Source: Allosphingosinicella sp. (GTDB taxonomy: Bacteria; Pseudomonadota; Alphaproteobacteria; Sphingomonadales; Sphingomonadaceae). From it: DNA of 64,000 nt. Below the pieces are notes generated by a model that was given only the letters and a program-made list of their open reading frames with translations, was not told where the DNA came from and made no database searches. The stretch is from assembly GCA_049590095.1 (NCBI GenBank), contig JBAWCC010000047.1, positions 1,988 through 65,987 on the forward strand. The letters are read 5' to 3'. A program made the position numbers and the translations under genes. Below, piece by piece: positions 62,520-64,000 of the stretch. The stretch's first letter is position 1; every line of letters begins with the position of its first letter.

Positions 62520-64000
62520 TGCTTCGCCTGACGCGCCTCCAGATCGACGGGTTCGGGCCGTTCGCCGAGCCGCAGGAAATCATATTCCCGGCCGAGACGG
62601 GCGTTGTCGTCGTCTACGGCGAGAATATGCGCGGCAAGACAACCCTCCTGAACGCGATCCGCTACGCCTTCTTCGGCTATGCGCTCGGACGCGGCTCGCG
62701 CGAGCGCAAGCTCCATAGCCTTTCGAACCGCGAACGGGCCGCCCGCGGCGAATATGGCTTCAGCGTCAGTCTCTCCTTCGATTTCGACGGGGAGAGCTAC
62801 GAACTGGTACGCGAATGCCTGCCCCAGGTGGCCAAGCCGGAAACCGACGGCGACTACCGCCAGGACGCGATGCTCCGCTGCGGGGACCGCATCCTCGGGC
62901 CGGACCAGCGGGACGCGGCCCTGACGCGCATTTTCCCGAAGGAGATCTCCCGCTTCTTCCTGTTCGACGGCGAACTGCTCCAGGAATATGAGGAGCTGAT
63001 CATCGCCGAAAGCGAGGTCGGGCCGGACATCTCCGCCGCGATCGAACGCATCCTCGGCGTCCCGATCCTCAAGGCCGCCCGCAGCCACCTCGCCGAGCTG
63101 GCGCAGGAGGCGGACCAGGAAGCGGCGCGCGAGGCGAGCCGGCATACCGAGACGGTCGGCATCGGCAACGCGCTCAACACGAGCATCGCCCAGCGCGCCG
63201 CCCATCTTGCGGAACAGAAGCGCAAGCAGGACGAGTTGGAAGCGCTCACGCGCCGCCGCACCGAGCTCGAGGCGCAGCTCGCGGCCGACCGGCGCTACGC
63301 GGAGATCCTCGAGCGGCGCGACGAGGCTCTTCGGCAGGCGGACGCGGCGAAAGACAGGAAGGACCGGCTCGCGGCCGAGATCAGGACCGCGATGGCGGAA
63401 GCCTGGCGGACCCTCCTCAAGGAACCGATCCGCCGCGCCCGCACCGAGGCCCAGGCCGCGCTCGAGGCGGAACTCCAGCAGCTTCGGAGCAGCCTCAGGA
63501 GCAAGGCGCTGGAGACCGGCGAATGCGAGATCTGCCTCCAGCCGGTCGGCCCCGACGCGAAGGCTCACCTCGAAGGATCGACCGACGGAGCGTCTGCTGC
63601 CGCCCCGGCCCAGGGAAAGATAAGCCATCGCGACCTCGCCGCCCTAGTCGAGACGGACAATGCTGGCGAGATCCGCCAGCTCGTCCGCCAGCACGAGGAA
63701 GCGGCGGTCGAGGAGAAGACGGCCCGTGACCGGGCGGCGGACCTCGACGCCGCGCTCAAGGACGCCGACCCGGGCTCCATCAGGAGCACCCAGGCGGACT
63801 ATAGCGACGTCCAGGAGCAGATCGGATTCGCCAAGCAGGCGATCGAGCAGGAAGGAGCCAAGGTCGCTCAGCAGGATGCGGCGATCGAGCGCCTGCGCCA
63901 GAAGCTCAAGCAGACCAGCCCCGGCGACCTCGCCGCGATCGAGCGTCGCATCGAGCTTCTGCGCGCGGCGGAGGACGTCTTCCACCGCTCGATCGAGGCC
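62518..64000 (+). CDS. DndD/Rad50-like SMC-type ATPase (3' end beyond window; not in ORF track)
   Basis: I translated 62518 to 64000 by hand and found no stop. The protein begins MLRLTRLQIDGFGPFAEPQEIIFPAETGVVVVYGENMRGKTTLLNAIRY (Walker A). It also has FFLFDGELLQEY, long coiled-coil-like Ala/Glu/Arg/Gln text and a CxxC hook-like GECEICLQP. The minus-strand track ORFs 62264..63628 and 63644..63985 are shadows of it. Confidence 0.75.

Noticed and set aside
62264-63985. Minus-strand ORFs 62264..63628 (454 aa) and 63644..63985
   Set aside because: They are antisense to the unlisted plus-strand frame starting at 62518, which has a Walker A motif, FLFDGE and coiled-coil text. The minus-strand translations are low-complexity.

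Overview
GC-rich DNA with strong GC3 bias and many long antisense shadow ORFs. It is most likely accessory DNA from an alphaproteobacterial (sphingomonad-like; inference only) plasmid or ICE-type element. Layout, left to right: (1) the tail of a heavy-metal efflux/HupE module (1-4851). (2) A minus-strand operon for a 1,979-aa secreted multicopper oxidase with beta-propeller, SCO1-like and cytochrome c partners (5187-14635). (3) An ArgRS paralog plus an aminotransferase/HAD/dehydrogenase/methyltransferase cluster, split by a tRNA-Pro 3' fragment (16243-22741). (4) The stand-out: a six-gene, translationally coupled minus-strand operon (24275-38261). It joins a secreted CHAT protease, a two-partner-secretion pair (TpsB/TpsA) and two orphan envelope proteins to a 1,842-aa cytoplasmic SIR2 / degenerate-P-loop / TPR protein. 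I do not recognise this combination as a described system. (5) A radical-SAM / DEDDh exonuclease / P-loop ATPase triad, a Septu-like PtuAB pair, and a triceptide-type RiPP cluster whose 51-aa precursor is missing from the ORF track (38826-47041). (6) A mobile-element backbone with a ParB-like gene, a MOBQ-like relaxase, oriT-like hairpins and paralogous orphan genes (47302-57518). (7) An MNT-HEPN fusion and a Dam-type MTase / unknown / PLD-helicase / 63-aa / DndD-like ATPase operon that runs off the window; its last gene is also absent from the ORF track (57651-64000). Modules 1-6 are separated by five same-orientation copies of a conserved 130-310 bp non-coding element. I recognised no rRNA, intact tRNA, CRISPR array, integrase or transposase. 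All family assignments come from motifs read by eye, and no database search was run.
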